This document shows positions 30,245 through 40,450 of a stretch of 64,000 nt of DNA, piece after piece. Each line of letters starts with the position of its first letter. Positions within the stretch are counted from its first letter, which is position 1. The notes under the pieces were generated by a model. That model saw only the letters and a program-made list of their open reading frames with translations, made no database searches and had not been told where the DNA came from. The position numbers were made by a program, and so were the translations under genes. The stretch lies in the NCBI GenBank assembly GCA_963666985.2, contig CAXXIA010000002.1, positions 384,001 to 448,000 on the forward strand. Reading direction: 5' to 3'. This DNA is from Spirochaetia bacterium. Its GTDB lineage: Bacteria > Spirochaetota > Spirochaetia > DSM-2461.

Positions 30245-31002
30245 GCCGAAAATCAGGCGGTCCCGGCGGCCGAACCGTTCAAATTCTGGGGCACCGGGGC
30301 TTCTCCGCCCGATACCCCGAAAACACCCTTGCGGCCTTTCGGGCGGCCATGGAATGCGGCGCCGACGGCATTGAACTGGACATCCAGAAAACCGCCGACG
30401 GCCGCTTCGCCGTTATCCACGACGAACTTCTTGAAAGAACCACGAACGGCACGGGATCGGTCGGAAAGAAAACACTGGCGGAACTTCAAACCCTGGATGC
30501 CGGCGGCGGCGAGAAGATTCCCGAACTCGGTGAAGTCCTCGCCGCTTTGGCCGAATTCAAAGGCGCCCTCATCAATGTCGAACTTAAAGGTGAAACCATC
30601 GAATACGGCGACGCCGACGCCGTTCACGGCGTCCTCAAACCCTATGAAGGTACCATAAGGTTTCTCATCTCCTCATTCAAACACGAGCTGCTGCCGCCCT
30701 ACACGAAGCTTGGGTACCAAACAGGCCTGCTCATCGGCGAAGAACATGCGGCCGCGGGACTGCGGGGAATCAGGGCCTCCATCCGCTCGGTTCGGCCCGC
30801 CACGCTCAACCTGCCGCATCAAATCTTCGACATGGTCAAATCTCCGTTCCTCCGCCCCGCGCTGAGGATGCTCCGCCTTTTCGGCCCGCGGCCGGCCTAC
30901 TGGACGGTGAACACCGAAACCGAATACCGCCGCGTCCGCCCCTCGGCCGCTTATATAATCAGCAACGAACCGGAACTGATGCTGAAGCTTCTAAACGCGT
31001 AA
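30241..31002 (+). CDS. Glycerophosphodiester phosphodiesterase
   Basis: GHRG...PENTL.AF, GIELDI, HD..L.RTT, NVELK and WTVN. Confidence 0.9.
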   Translation: MSRKSGGPGGRTVQILGHRGFSARYPENTLAAFRAAMECGADGIELDIQKTADGRFAVIHDELLERTTNGTGSVGKKTLAELQTLDAGGGEKIPELGEVLAALAEFKGALINVELKGETIEYGDADAVHGVLKPYEGTIRFLISSFKHELLPPYTKLGYQTGLLIGEEHAAAGLRGIRASIRSVRPATLNLPHQIFDMVKSPFLRPALRMLRLFGPRPAYWTVNTETEYRRVRPSAAYIISNEPELMLKLLNA

Positions 31003-31029
31003 GCCCGGTTAACGCAACGGCCGGGCTTG
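31001..31029. terminator. Hairpin between convergent genes
   Basis: AAGCCCGGTT...GGCCGGGCTT. Confidence 0.5.
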
Positions 31030-31044
31030 CCCACAAGCTCTCCC

Positions 31045-33198
31045 CTACAGGGGTGCAGTCCGCAGATGCCTGAAATGACAATGGCTCCCGTTTCTAACCG
31101 ATAAACCGACCTGCCCGTACCGATAGGTCCTTTCAGGATCTTCGGCTTCCAGAACGGGCTCATCGTTGATTGAAAGAGCAAACCGGCCGCCCCGAACATC
31201 GATTTGGAAACGGTAAACGCCGCCCGGAACATAAGAAAAATCGGCTTGCTCCATTACCGAATAGTTCCGATCCTTTTTCAGAAACGCAACGGTATTGGGA
31301 CCGCAAAATCCGAAGGCATAGCTCCTCGCTCCGCCCTGAACCCGAAAATTCATTTGATGATGGAATCCTGAAACGGGACACAGGTCGCAGCGGATTACGG
31401 CATCCTTCATTCCGTACAAACCGGTGTAAACCTCGCCTTCTTCATAACAGCTTCCGCTGAGCTCGTCGTCATCGAGTTCCCAAAGACCGTTGCGGTAGGT
31501 AAACTGGCTGACTTCGCGGTGGAAGCCCCCGTGACCGAAACCGAAGTTTTCCATCCGCTCTTTCGAGAAATCAATATCATAATCGGGAGTGCCGGTAATC
31601 CCGAAGTAATCCACCTTAAACGCCGTCATACCGTGATTCCCGTTCTCGGGGTTCTTTTTTGAAACCAATAAACCGACTTCGCCCAAAAGGGAACCGGGAA
31701 GAGCGGGAATACGAAACGTTAAATCACTCCATGATCCGCCGACGGTAACCAGATCCGAGCGGAGAATTGTTCCGCTGTTCAGGTCTCCGGCATAAATCGA
31801 TACGCGAAGAGGCTGCTCGCCCTCGTTTTTTATGGCCGTCGTCACGGTCTGTCCGGGAAAAGCGATGGGTGTGAATCCGGGATCGTACCGAGAATCATGC
31901 AAATCTCCGGGGCGGTAATAGGTTTTGAGAAACACCTTCATTTCGTTTCCGTCCGCCAGCCGATTGGCCGTTACAAGAAGAGCCCGATGAGAATCCCGTC
32001 CGTCGGCGACATTCCGCAAAGCCGCTTCGACTTGAGGCCGGTCGCAGGCCGTCCGAAACGACTGAGTTGATTTTTCGTGGTCAAACCGCAGGATGCGATC
32101 GGAAGAGACCGTCTCTTTTTCCTCCCATGGCTCGGGCAAAGAGGCTCCGGCGATTTTTATTCCCAGACGGCCGAACAGTTCGGCCGTGGAAGAAACGGTA
32201 TCGATATTCAGTCCGCCGAGAACACTGGAAGAAATCAGCAAATCGTTAATCGGACCGATCCATTTATCATCAATTCCTTCAATGCCGGCAAAGGTCCCGA
32301 CGACGGCGCCGACGTTTCCGGCGTTGCAGTCCGTATCCCAGCCGCACATATTGCAGATGTACTGAGAAGAAGAAAAATCACCTTTCCCATACAGAAGAGA
32401 GAGAACAACCACGGCGGCATTCGGGATGATGTGACAATTCCCCGGATATTTGTCGTAGCCGAATTCTTCACGAACAAAGCGAAAGCACGCCTTCCAGTCT
32501 TCGGATGCGTCCGCGTGAAAAAAATCCCGTACGGCCCGCACCACCCGGGCATATTCACAATCATCGGGAATAACGGAAAGCCCCGTCTCGATAATTTCCA
32601 AGACATCCTGCGCGACATAGGCATGACTGACGCATGCCGCCACAAACCGGCCTCCGTGGATTCCCTCCCCGTCGTGAGAAACACTGGCCATCATTTCGGC
32701 ATAGCGGGCCGCCAGAACAGGATTTCCCGGAGCCACAAATCCCCAGCAATCGGAAAAAATCTGACCTCCGATCTGTTCGGCGCAGGCGGCGCCGTTCAGT
32801 TCAATGGAACCGGAGCGGGGTGCATCGATACCGAATTTCAGGTTTTCGTATGCCGTATGTTCCGTGGAAACGCCATATCCTCCCCACCAGATGAATCCGT
32901 GCCTCTCGGCGATGTAATTCAGCCATGTAAGGCCCATTTCCCGAGGCGTTATCTTATCGATTTCATAGGAGAAATCCATAAGAGATCGAACGAAGAACAA
33001 AGGACCGTTGCTGTCGTCGTCCGCGGCGTAATCCTTGTAATTCACCAGATACCCGGTTATCTCGCCGTGCACTTTCTCTATTGTTTCGGCGCTCCAGCCC
33101 TCAATAGGGGAACCGAGCCGTATACCGATAATCTTGCCCAGCCAGCCGGCATACGTTTTCTGAAAATAGTGATTGTCAAAAACCATGAGGCGGTTCAT
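31045..33198 (-). CDS. ADP-ribosylglycohydrolase-family protein with C-terminal beta-rich (lectin/CBM-like) domains
   Basis: GKIIG..LG.PIEG, ADDD and GWDTDCNA motifs; C-terminal ~350 aa rich in beta strands. Confidence 0.85.
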   Translation of the reverse strand: MNRLMVFDNHYFQKTYAGWLGKIIGIRLGSPIEGWSAETIEKVHGEITGYLVNYKDYAADDDSNGPLFFVRSLMDFSYEIDKITPREMGLTWLNYIAERHGFIWWGGYGVSTEHTAYENLKFGIDAPRSGSIELNGAACAEQIGGQIFSDCWGFVAPGNPVLAARYAEMMASVSHDGEGIHGGRFVAACVSHAYVAQDVLEIIETGLSVIPDDCEYARVVRAVRDFFHADASEDWKACFRFVREEFGYDKYPGNCHIIPNAAVVVLSLLYGKGDFSSSQYICNMCGWDTDCNAGNVGAVVGTFAGIEGIDDKWIGPINDLLISSSVLGGLNIDTVSSTAELFGRLGIKIAGASLPEPWEEKETVSSDRILRFDHEKSTQSFRTACDRPQVEAALRNVADGRDSHRALLVTANRLADGNEMKVFLKTYYRPGDLHDSRYDPGFTPIAFPGQTVTTAIKNEGEQPLRVSIYAGDLNSGTILRSDLVTVGGSWSDLTFRIPALPGSLLGEVGLLVSKKNPENGNHGMTAFKVDYFGITGTPDYDIDFSKERMENFGFGHGGFHREVSQFTYRNGLWELDDDELSGSCYEEGEVYTGLYGMKDAVIRCDLCPVSGFHHQMNFRVQGGARSYAFGFCGPNTVAFLKKDRNYSVMEQADFSYVPGGVYRFQIDVRGGRFALSINDEPVLEAEDPERTYRYGQVGLSVRNGSHCHFRHLRTAPL

Positions 33199-34026
33199 TT
33201 ACTTGATGCTCCCTGATGTCATTCCGTCGATGAAGTAATTCTGCAAAGCGAGAAACGCCGCTACGATGGGCAGCATCGTAATAACGCCCGCGGTATAAAT
33301 CATGGAGAGATCGGATCCGCGTTCTCCGACGAAAAGGACGTATTTCGTTGAAGCGGTCTTCAGCTCCGGAGATTGGAGAAAGGTGTTGGCCAGAGTGAAT
33401 TCATTCCATGTCGCCACGAACACAATCAGGGCGATGGTTGTGACAATAGGCTTGGAAAGCGGAAAAATGATCTTCCGAATCGTCTGATATGTGGTGCATC
33501 CGTCGATAATCGCCGCTTCGCTGAGCTCCTTGGGTATCCCGAAAATAAAGGTTCGGGCCAGCAGCACATTAAAGGGCAGGTTAATCGCAATATAAATCAG
33601 GATAATCCCGAAGAGGCTGTTCACAAGGTTTAATTCGGAAAACGAATAATAAAGCGGAACAAGGTAGGAAAACACGGGGATTGAAAGGGCGACTCCGAAA
33701 TAACCGAGTATGAAATTGCGGATTCTAAGCTGTGAGCGAACCAGAAAGTATCCGGCGATAAGCGACGCCAGAAGAACGACGGCCGTCGCGGAGAAACTGA
33801 CGAGGATGCTGTTCCCGAAGGCCCTTGCATACCCTCCCACAACCCAAGCTTTCGCGTAATTGGCGAAATTGAACTGCGATGGAAAACCGATGGGAAATTT
33901 TTTAATGCTTCCGTCGCTCCGGAACGTATTGAAGACCGCGGCAATCAGCGGAGCCGTCTGAATCAGAGCGATAAGCGAAAGAATCCCGAATGTCGTGTAC
34001 CGGCCGATTGTTTTCTTGTATGTCAT
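33199..34026 (-). CDS. Carbohydrate ABC transporter permease (MalG-like)
   Basis: EAA loop IPKELSEAAIIDG; WNEF; GMTSGSIK. Confidence 0.92.
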   Translation of the reverse strand: MTYKKTIGRYTTFGILSLIALIQTAPLIAAVFNTFRSDGSIKKFPIGFPSQFNFANYAKAWVVGGYARAFGNSILVSFSATAVVLLASLIAGYFLVRSQLRIRNFILGYFGVALSIPVFSYLVPLYYSFSELNLVNSLFGIILIYIAINLPFNVLLARTFIFGIPKELSEAAIIDGCTTYQTIRKIIFPLSKPIVTTIALIVFVATWNEFTLANTFLQSPELKTASTKYVLFVGERGSDLSMIYTAGVITMLPIVAAFLALQNYFIDGMTSGSIK

Positions 34027-34030
34027 CGAA

Positions 34031-34909
34031 TCAGTCCTCCATACGCTTTCGCACGGCTCCGAACACGGCAAAGAGCAGAAAGGCCAAGAGCGTCTGGAAC
34101 ACGGAAAGTGAACAGGCATATCCGGCCCTGTATTTAAACAAGGCGTTCTTATAGAGCATGGTCGAAAGGATTTCCGATCCGGGGCCGCCTTTCGTCATTA
34201 CCCAGACGTAATCGAAGGTTCCTATGGACCAGACCATCGTTACGAGAATAATGAAAAGCAGAGTCTGCTTAATGCTCGGAAGGGTTATGAACCATATCTT
34301 CTGAATATCGTTGGCCCCTTCAACTTCGGCGCTCTCATACAGCATCGGATCTATCTGCTGGAGGGCGCTCATGAAGATAACCAAAAGGAAACCCCACCAA
34401 TGCCACATATCGACCATGGCGACCGAAACCAAAGCATGAGCGGGCGCCAGCCAATCTTTGGCCAGGAAATCCAATCCCAAAGACTCGAAAGCCACGTTAA
34501 TACCGAAGTACGGATTAAAAAACGCGGCGAAAATCTTCCCTGCGATCGCGGCGGATATAACATAAGGCAGAAAATACATGGCCCGCAGAGCCACCCGGCC
34601 CTTCTCTACCCGCGAGAGCACATAGCCCACAAGAAGACCGAAAAGGATGGGGAAAACCAAAAACATCGCCATCCAGCGCAGATTGTTCCCAATGGCATTC
34701 AGGAAGTTGGGGTCCGTCATCAGCTCCCGATAGTTGCCGAAGCCGATGAAATCTTTTGTTCCCAGACCGTTCCAGTTCGTCAATGAACCGTAAACCGTAT
34801 TGAACGACGGCAGAACGACAATGAGAAAATGGAAAAGAAACACCGGTATAACCGAGAAGAACGCGATGCGGTTTTCTTTTCGAACTCGTTCGCTGAATTC
34901 TTGTCGCAT
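34031..34909 (-). CDS. Carbohydrate ABC transporter permease (MalF-like)
   Basis: FIGFGNY, LYESAEVEGA and MTKGGPG. Confidence 0.92.
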   Translation of the reverse strand: MRQEFSERVRKENRIAFFSVIPVFLFHFLIVVLPSFNTVYGSLTNWNGLGTKDFIGFGNYRELMTDPNFLNAIGNNLRWMAMFLVFPILFGLLVGYVLSRVEKGRVALRAMYFLPYVISAAIAGKIFAAFFNPYFGINVAFESLGLDFLAKDWLAPAHALVSVAMVDMWHWWGFLLVIFMSALQQIDPMLYESAEVEGANDIQKIWFITLPSIKQTLLFIILVTMVWSIGTFDYVWVMTKGGPGSEILSTMLYKNALFKYRAGYACSLSVFQTLLAFLLFAVFGAVRKRMED

Positions 34910-34988
34910 GACTGCTTCAGCCTCCTTAAAAGAACGCCCGGCGGACAGTTGTTCCCGCCGGGCGGCTGCAATTCTCTTTTCGTCGCTT

Positions 34989-36317
34989 TTAATGAGCGGA
35001 AGGAAGAACGGGAAGGAATCCCCCAGCAAGCTCCTTTTCATTCAGCCGCTGCATTTCTTTCAGATACTCATCAATCGAAATGTTCTCTTCAAGAACATTG
35101 ACAATTCCTTCATACAGATAAACCCGTGTTTCCGGAGGATAGAAAGCCCAGGTGGTGTATCCGAAACTGCCGTTGGCCAAAGCGCCGTTGACAATGGACC
35201 ACATATTCTCCACCACCGGCGCAAGACCTTCGAACCGGCTTGCTTCAATCGCCATGGGCGCGATGTCCATACCCTGTTGGAGATAATCATCCTGGGATTC
35301 CTGTCTCAGAAGACCCGAGAGCAGATACGCGGAGACATCCGGATTTTCGGTATCGGCGGAAACCACCCACATACCGCCGACGGCCAGCGGCATATGCGGT
35401 TTTTCAACATCATTAATGGCCGGATGGAGCATTACGCCGATTTTATCCTGATCGGCCTGATCCAAAGGAACAATCCAGTACGGTGCCCAGGTTCCTTCAA
35501 GCTTAAAGAGCGCTTTATCGTTGGAAAAGGCGTTAATCGCGTCATCCGAGGTTAGAACATAAGACTTTCCGTCGGCCAGATAGCCTTTGTCGTGCCAAGA
35601 CTTATAAAGCTCGACTGTTTTCCGAAAAGCGGGATCGGTCCACGAAGCCTTTCCTTCCACAGCCGCTTTTACCAGGTCGCGGCCGGTATAGCTGTAAAGT
35701 ATGGATAAATACCATTCCTGGGCCCATGGCCAGTCTTGACTGCCGAGCATACAGGGGATATACCCGGCATCCTGTGCCTTCCGAAGCGCATCCTCATATT
35801 CCGCAAGGGTATCAATCTCCTCGGGAACAAGATTCAGTTCCTTCATGATGTTCTTGTTGTACCAAAGCACCATGCCCTCGTACCCGTACGGCAGAGTTAC
35901 GACTTTACCGTCTGATTTGGACAAATCATAGGCCCAATTGAACAGCACGTCTTTCCATCCGTCGGCTTCGGCATAGGCGCTCAAGTCCAGAAGAAGCCCG
36001 TCCGAGGCGTATTGGTGGACATCGGCCGGAGAATCCAGCAGGAAAACGTCCGGCTTGTCGTTCGAACTCATCCGGGTGTTGATGATGTCCATTCCCTGAT
36101 TGCCGACAAACTTTACTTCGTAAGCCGTTCCATTCGCGGCATTATACTCATCGATAAGCTGCCCGAAGATTTGCCGCTGAACCGCGATGTTCCCCTCGGC
36201 CGTGGACGAACTGGCGACTTCAATAACCGAACCGCTCTCATCTTCACCGCCGCCTGCGGCAAAAACAAATCCGCTCGCCGCGACAAAGACCAAAGTCAGA
36301 ATCAATACCTTTTTCAT
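34989..36317 (-). CDS. Carbohydrate ABC transporter solute-binding protein
   Basis: Signal peptide ending VFAAGGGE; PDV, LWYNK and SBP_bac_1-like pattern. Confidence 0.9.
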   Translation of the reverse strand: MKKVLILTLVFVAASGFVFAAGGGEDESGSVIEVASSSTAEGNIAVQRQIFGQLIDEYNAANGTAYEVKFVGNQGMDIINTRMSSNDKPDVFLLDSPADVHQYASDGLLLDLSAYAEADGWKDVLFNWAYDLSKSDGKVVTLPYGYEGMVLWYNKNIMKELNLVPEEIDTLAEYEDALRKAQDAGYIPCMLGSQDWPWAQEWYLSILYSYTGRDLVKAAVEGKASWTDPAFRKTVELYKSWHDKGYLADGKSYVLTSDDAINAFSNDKALFKLEGTWAPYWIVPLDQADQDKIGVMLHPAINDVEKPHMPLAVGGMWVVSADTENPDVSAYLLSGLLRQESQDDYLQQGMDIAPMAIEASRFEGLAPVVENMWSIVNGALANGSFGYTTWAFYPPETRVYLYEGIVNVLEENISIDEYLKEMQRLNEKELAGGFLPVLPSAH

Positions 36318-36420
36318 TCAGACCCCCTTACATATTCGATTGCATTGATTCAAGAAATTATAGAGCGGTTTTCGATTGCTTCTACGCACATTCAACGACT
36401 ATCTGCGCATTTTCGACTTT

Positions 36421-37290
36421 TTACGGATACTTTTCCGTTTTCTGCAGCCGCCATTGAAGAGGTGATATTCCGGTCTCTTTTCGAAATTGGCGGTTAAAAC
36501 TGCTCAGACTTTCAAATCCGCAATCAAAAGCGATATCCAAAATCCTGGACTCTTTCGCCCGAAGAAGATTCATCGCCGTATTAATCCGCAGCTTCGTCTG
36601 AAAATGCTTCGGAGACATGCCGACCTGATCCTTGAACCTTTTTCGGAAATGAGACTCGGATAATCCGCACCGATCGGCCAATTCGGCGATGGAGCATTGA
36701 GGTCCTCCGGAGGCCAAAAGATAATCAATCGCCGCCGCAATCCTTTCGTCGAATGCCCGTCCTTCTGTCGGACGAGGCGTCCATGCCGTTTTATCCTGAA
36801 TGGATTCATGCCGTAACAGCCGGGCTGAAATCGCGTTTACAAGTCCTTTGACGGCGAAAAACCGATTCTCCCTTTCTTCAAGAATCTCATCGGCGAGAAT
36901 CGTCAGCAAGGCATGCAGATCGGGGTCGGAGGCTTTCTTGATCAGCTTGCTGATATCCGGCGGCTGAATCGGCGCATCCCACAAGCGGGGATCGAAAAAC
37001 AAAAAGTACCAGAGGTCGTCCATACCGGCACCGCTTTTCGCTCTGTGAAAAACTTCGGGGCCGACGGCCACGAGGTCACCCGCTTCGTAGGTTTCAATTC
37101 GATTGTCGATGATGAATATCCCGTGCCCGCGCAGACAAACTCCGAGCTCCAAAACATCGTGCCTGTGGAGGATACTGATGGAATCATGGGAGTTGGACCA
37201 TTCCATCAGACTGATCGGGAATTTCGGATCGAGTTCTATGCTCTCCTGGGCCAGGGAGTACGGGATACGGCCGCTCCGGCTTTTTTGCAT
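36421..37290 (-). CDS. AraC-family transcriptional regulator (cupin + HTH)
   Basis: LHRHDVLELG cupin; LSESHFRKRFK...IAFDCGFESLSSFNRQFRKETGISP. Confidence 0.92.
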   Translation of the reverse strand: MQKSRSGRIPYSLAQESIELDPKFPISLMEWSNSHDSISILHRHDVLELGVCLRGHGIFIIDNRIETYEAGDLVAVGPEVFHRAKSGAGMDDLWYFLFFDPRLWDAPIQPPDISKLIKKASDPDLHALLTILADEILEERENRFFAVKGLVNAISARLLRHESIQDKTAWTPRPTEGRAFDERIAAAIDYLLASGGPQCSIAELADRCGLSESHFRKRFKDQVGMSPKHFQTKLRINTAMNLLRAKESRILDIAFDCGFESLSSFNRQFRKETGISPLQWRLQKTEKYP

Positions 37291-37448
37291 CGGTTTAAGC
37301 TTACCACACCCGCACGCGGTTCTACCCGAGGGTCGTCCGGAGCCGCTGACGCCACAGAATAAAGGCCGAACTTTCTCACCCGGCAAAACTGGATTATAGG
37401 CCCGGCTAATACGACAGCCGAGCTTATGATTTCTTGAGTAATTGGACC

Positions 37449-38509
37449 TTATAGCCTCTCGGCCACCGCATCGCCCATTTCAACGGTTCCGACGGTCTTT
37501 TCACCCGGTCCGGCGATATCACCGGTTCGAAATCCGTCGGCAACGGCCTTGGCAACCGCGGCATAAATCCGTTCCGCGGCTTTTGACTCTCCGAAGGAAT
37601 ACTCCAGCATCATGGCACCGGAAAGAATCTGCGCAAGAGGATTGGCAATCCCTTGCCCGCAATATCCGGGGCCGAGCCGCCGGAGGGTTCGAAGAGATTC
37701 ACGGATGCGCCGAGGCTCGCGGAAGGCAGCATGCCGAGACTCCCCGCCAAAGCCGCCGATTCGTCGGAAAGGATGTCGCCGAACAGGTTCCCGGTAACAA
37801 TCACATCGAACTGACCGGGATTCAAAATAAGCTGCATGGCCGCATTGTCCACGTACATATGGGAAAGTTTGATTTCGGGATGTTTCTCGCCCATCTTCAC
37901 CGCTACCGACCGCCAGAGCATGCTGGAACGAAGAACGTTGGCCTTATCCACGCTGCAAACACGTCCCTTCCGCCTGCCGGCGGCATCGAAAGCGACATTC
38001 AAAATCCGCTCCACCTCATCTTTTCGGTAGACCATTGTATCAAGACCTTCCTCATCGCTGAGGGACTTGGGCTCTCCGAAATACACACCGCCGGTCAGTT
38101 CCCGTACGGTAAGAATATCAACGGTCTTTCCATCTTCACGCGGCTTTAAGGGACATCCGGCGGCGAGTTCGGGATACAGCTTCACCGGGCGCAGATTGGC
38201 GAAGAGTCCCAAGGATTTCCTCATGGCCAAAAGACCTCCGACTTCGGGCCTTTTTTCGGGAGGCAAATGATCCCACTTGGGGCCGCCGACGCTTCCGAGA
38301 AGAACGGCACCGGATTTTTTGCAGAGTTCCAGGGTCTCGGCCGGCAGCGGACCTCCGGTCGCGTCAATAGCCGCGCCTCCGATAAGTGCTTCGGTATAGT
38401 TCAGCGAGAATCCCTCGGAAGCGGCGACCGCGTCGAGAACCTTAACGGCTTCTTTCATCACTTCGGGACCGATATGATCCCCGCTCAAAACGGCAATGTT
38501 ATAGCTCAT
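37449..38509 (-). CDS. leuB: 3-isopropylmalate dehydrogenase with an apparent one-base frameshift at ~37651
   Basis: GDHIGPEV, NLRP, RELTGGVYFG, NLFGDILSDE and GSAPDIAG. The C-terminus IANPLAQILSGAMML...AERL* lies in the adjacent frame; 1061 nt + 1 = 354 codons. Confidence 0.9.
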
Positions 38510-38624
38510 AATTCTTCCTTATTTGTTTCAGATGATTTGAATACTTATTCCCGGAAAATTACCGAAAACCGATAAGAACCGTTTCGGTATCATAACCGAC
38601 CTTACCAGGCTTGGTCCTCCGGTT

Positions 38625-40226
38625 TCAGGCTCCTTCTTCATCCTTTTTGAGTTTATATTCAACGGATTCCACGAGAGCTCTCCAGGAAGCTTCAATGATG
38701 TTTCCCGAAACTCCCACCGTCCCCCAATGCATTTTCCCATCGCTGCTTGTAATCAACACCCTTGTAACGGCGGTGGTACCGGCTTCCTCATTCAAAATCC
38801 GCACTTTATAGTCGGTAAGCCTGATATGCGCCAATTGGGGATAAAAAGTTTCCAAAGCCCGATGCAGAGCCCGGTCCATAGCTTCCACCGGTCCGCTGCC
38901 CTCTCCGGCCGTATGTTCATAGGCGGATTCATGCCCGCCGTTACCGGCAACACTATCCGGCACGGAGACCTTGATGGTGGCTTCGGACCAGATTTCTCCG
39001 TTGCCGTTTTCCCAGGAATGCACACGAAATCCATGAACTCGGAAATACTCTTTTCTTTTTCCGGTCAGCTCATCGGTCAGCAATTCGAACGAAGCGTCCG
39101 CTCCTTCAAAATGATACCCTTCGGCCTCAAGTTCCTTAACCTTGGCTAAAATGGCCTTGGCATGGACCTCGTCCACATCCATGCCGAGTTCTCCAAACTT
39201 CTCAAGAATGTTGGATTTTCCGGCCTGATCGCTGACGGGAACATTGCGAACGTTGCCGACACTTTCCGGCGCTATATGTTCATAGAGTCTGGGATTTTTG
39301 CGGATGGCCGAGACATGGATGCCGCCCTTGTGCGTAAAGGCTCTCTCTCCGACATAAGGAAGGCTGTCCTGATGCGGTTTGTTGGAGAGTTCCGAAACCA
39401 GACGGCTTACTCGGGTTAAGTCGGCCATCTTTTCCGCCGGCAGAGTTCTGTAGCCCATTTTATAGCTGAGAGTGGGAATGGCGCTGCAAAGATTGGCATT
39501 CCCGCATCGTTCTCCCAGACCGTTCATGGTTCCCTGAACCATGCGGCCGCCCAATTCGACGACGACAAGAGTATTGGCCAGAGATAAATCACTATCGTTA
39601 TGCGCATGAACACCGATCGGCTTATCGACTGCGGCCATTGCGGCCACGGTCGCCTCTCTGACAAAAGACGGAAGGGAACCGCCGTTGGTATCCGCAAGGA
39701 CAATCCAGTCGGCCCCCGCGTCGGCGGCGGCTTTCAGAGTTTTCAGGGCGTACTCAGGGTTGAATCTGTAGCCGTCGAAAAAATGCTCGGCATCATAAAC
39801 CACCTCGTCGCTTCGGGGTTTAAGATATTCAATCGTCGAATAAATCATGGCCAGATTTTCTTCGAGAGACGTCTCCAGTGATTCGATAACATGCAAATCC
39901 CAACTCTTGCCGAAAATGGTGAATACAGGCGTTTCAGCCTTTAAAAGCTCGGCGAGAATGGAATCCTTCTCGGGGGAAGTCTCTTTCAGGCGCGTTGAGG
40001 AAAACGCTGTCAGCTTGGCGTTTTTCAAGGGAAGGCTCTTCATCGCCTCGAAATATTGAATGTCCTTGGGATTAGAACCCGGCCAGCCGCCTTCAATATA
40101 ATCAATGCCCAATTCGTCGAGTTCTCTGGTCAGCTTAATTTTATCTTCCAGTGAAAAGTGCACACCGCGGGTTTGTGCGCCGTCTCTGAGCGTCGTATCG
40201 AAAAGGACAATTTTCTCTTCAGCCAT
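38625..40226 (-). CDS. cimA: Citramalate synthase (LeuA-family, bacterial CimA type)
   Basis: DTTLRDGAQ, YIEGGWPGSNPKD, GKSWDLHV, YDAEHFFDG, HAHND, HKGGIHV and WGTVGVS.NIIEASW. Confidence 0.88.
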   Translation of the reverse strand: MAEEKIVLFDTTLRDGAQTRGVHFSLEDKIKLTRELDELGIDYIEGGWPGSNPKDIQYFEAMKSLPLKNAKLTAFSSTRLKETSPEKDSILAELLKAETPVFTIFGKSWDLHVIESLETSLEENLAMIYSTIEYLKPRSDEVVYDAEHFFDGYRFNPEYALKTLKAAADAGADWIVLADTNGGSLPSFVREATVAAMAAVDKPIGVHAHNDSDLSLANTLVVVELGGRMVQGTMNGLGERCGNANLCSAIPTLSYKMGYRTLPAEKMADLTRVSRLVSELSNKPHQDSLPYVGERAFTHKGGIHVSAIRKNPRLYEHIAPESVGNVRNVPVSDQAGKSNILEKFGELGMDVDEVHAKAILAKVKELEAEGYHFEGADASFELLTDELTGKRKEYFRVHGFRVHSWENGNGEIWSEATIKVSVPDSVAGNGGHESAYEHTAGEGSGPVEAMDRALHRALETFYPQLAHIRLTDYKVRILNEEAGTTAVTRVLITSSDGKMHWGTVGVSGNIIEASWRALVESVEYKLKKDEEGA

Positions 40227-40242
40227 GCTGCCTCCAAAATCT

Positions 40243-40271
40243 AAAAAAAAAGGCGACCTTGTCAGGTCGCC
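40243..40271 (-). terminator. Attenuator terminator immediately upstream of cimA
   Basis: On the minus strand GGCGACCT-GACA-AGGTCGCC followed by U9, ending 16 nt before the cimA ATG. Confidence 0.85.
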
Positions 40272-40348
40272 CGATTCGTCGGAAGGTTAATCATTACACG
40301 TCTATGGTTTTCAGGATTCCCCGATACCATTCGTCCGCGCAGCCGCGA

Positions 40349-40450
40349 TTAAATCCCCCCGCCGAACCGGCAGGGGATAATAATGAGCGATAGTAAAGAT
40401 TTTATTTCGGGTTTTCGTTCCATATGTTCAGCCCGACAACGGTTCTTCAT
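40349..40450 (-). promoter_or_regulatory. Leader peptide of the cimA-leuB attenuator (33 aa)
   Basis: MKNRCRAEHMERKPEIKSLLSLIIIPCRFGGGI*; AAGGAG SD; clustered Leu and Ile codons. Confidence 0.75.

Noticed and set aside
37640..37660. Programmed ribosomal frameshift in leuB
   Set aside because: No canonical slippery heptamer and no known precedent; a homopolymer indel is simpler, and a second similar indel occurs near 18620.
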